A DNA stretch of 64,000 nt, from the NCBI GenBank assembly GCA_963797555.1, contig CAWCPV010000020.1:32001-96000 (forward strand). The letters run 5' to 3'. This DNA is from an uncultured Gammaproteobacteria bacterium. GTDB taxonomy: Bacteria; Pseudomonadota; Gammaproteobacteria; CAWCPV01. A program made the position numbers and the translations under genes. The notes under the pieces are model-generated. The model made no database searches, was not told the origin of the DNA, and worked only from the letters and a program-made list of their open reading frames with translations. This document shows, one piece after another, positions 63,331 through 64,000 of the stretch (position 1 is its first letter; the number at the start of each line of letters is the position of its first letter).

Positions 63331-63369
63331 GGACTTCGGTTCCGGCGACGCCCGCCGCGCGCCGCAAGA

Positions 63370-64000
63370 CTACGCCGGAGCAGATCCCTGTGAGGTGGAC
63401 TCCCCCATCATAGGGGTCGAATTCCAACGCTCGCGCAGTGCGGCCAAATGCTCCCGTCGCGTGATCAATATCACCTCGTCATTTCGTTTCAAGCGAGTCT
63501 CCGGCGCGGCGATCACCAGCCGGTCGGCCCGGTAGAGGTAGATGACGCGAGAGTCCCCCGGGAGCTTCAGCTCGTCCGCCGGACCTTCGTCCTCCTCTCG
63601 CGCCACGAACGCAAAGAACCTGGCGTCACCCTTCACCATGGAGGACAGCTCCAGGATGTCTTGTCCGGATATCAGGTCGGCCAGGTAGCGGGTGATGGTT
63701 CGGGTGGGGATGATGGTGTCTTCGAGACCGAGTTCGATGCAGATGTGCTCGAACTCGGGGTCCTCGATCTTGGTGACGGTGCGCTTGAACCCCAGCGACC
63801 GGCCCACCAGGCTCGCGATGATGTTGGCTTGATCGTTGCCCGTGAGACAGCACAGCAGGTCTGTCTCTTGGGGGCCAAGCTCGCGCAAGATCGCCGGCTT
63901 GCTGCCGTCGCCATGCAGGAAGCCGCAGTCCAGCTCGTCCCCCAGCTCCTCGATGGTCGCCCTGTCGCGCTCGATGATGACGACCTGCTGGCCTCGCTCG
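63370..64000 (-). CDS. trkA: TrkA-family potassium uptake protein (5' end outside the window)
   Basis: V.IIERD, FLHGDGS, LTGNDQANII, TrkA-C domain (IYLYR...AP...L..NDEV). Confidence 0.88.
   Translation of the reverse strand, partial: ERGQQVVIIERDRATIEELGDELDCGFLHGDGSKPAILRELGPQETDLLCCLTGNDQANIIASLVGRSLGFKRTVTKIEDPEFEHICIELGLEDTIIPTRTITRYLADLISGQDILELSSMVKGDARFFAFVAREEDEGPADELKLPGDSRVIYLYRADRLVIAAPETRLKRNDEVILITRREHLAALRERWNSTPMMGESTSQGSAPA

Overview
GC-rich, probably gammaproteobacterial chromosomal window (taxonomy inferred from gene content only). Its centre (about 15.0-36.9 kb) is a type III-D CRISPR-Cas locus. The + strand carries two uncharacterised genes (a DUF4407-like membrane/coiled-coil protein and a soluble coiled-coil protein), then cas2-cas2-cas1 and a stand-alone minimal reverse transcriptase. 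An array of about 32 repeats follows, then a TM-CARF (Cam1-like) effector and a DUF1874/Crn2 ring nuclease. The - strand carries cas6, an NE0113-family CARF-wHTH gene, HD-less cas10 (GGDD intact), cas7, cas5-cas11, cas7-cas7, csx19, cas7-insertion, csx16 and a CARF-RelE (Cami1-like) effector. At 52.7-55.9 kb a DUF4062-like/STAND NTPase/TM/FGE-sulfatase gene ends in a DGR-type variable region, followed by a DGR-like hairpin and a truncated avd. The window also holds ppsA, gltA, a Fur-boxed cupredoxin gene, an FTR1 permease fused to a probable outer-membrane domain, mrfAB-like helicase/exonuclease, DUF72/ligD/ku, several toxin-antitoxin pairs, an intact IS1182, IS110 and Y1-transposase remnants, a repeated MITE-like element, an oligopeptide ABC transporter and trkA. 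Many single-base frameshifts in otherwise intact genes suggest sequencing or consensus indel errors, so fusion and pseudogene calls need caution. All family assignments come from motif recognition by eye, not from database searches.
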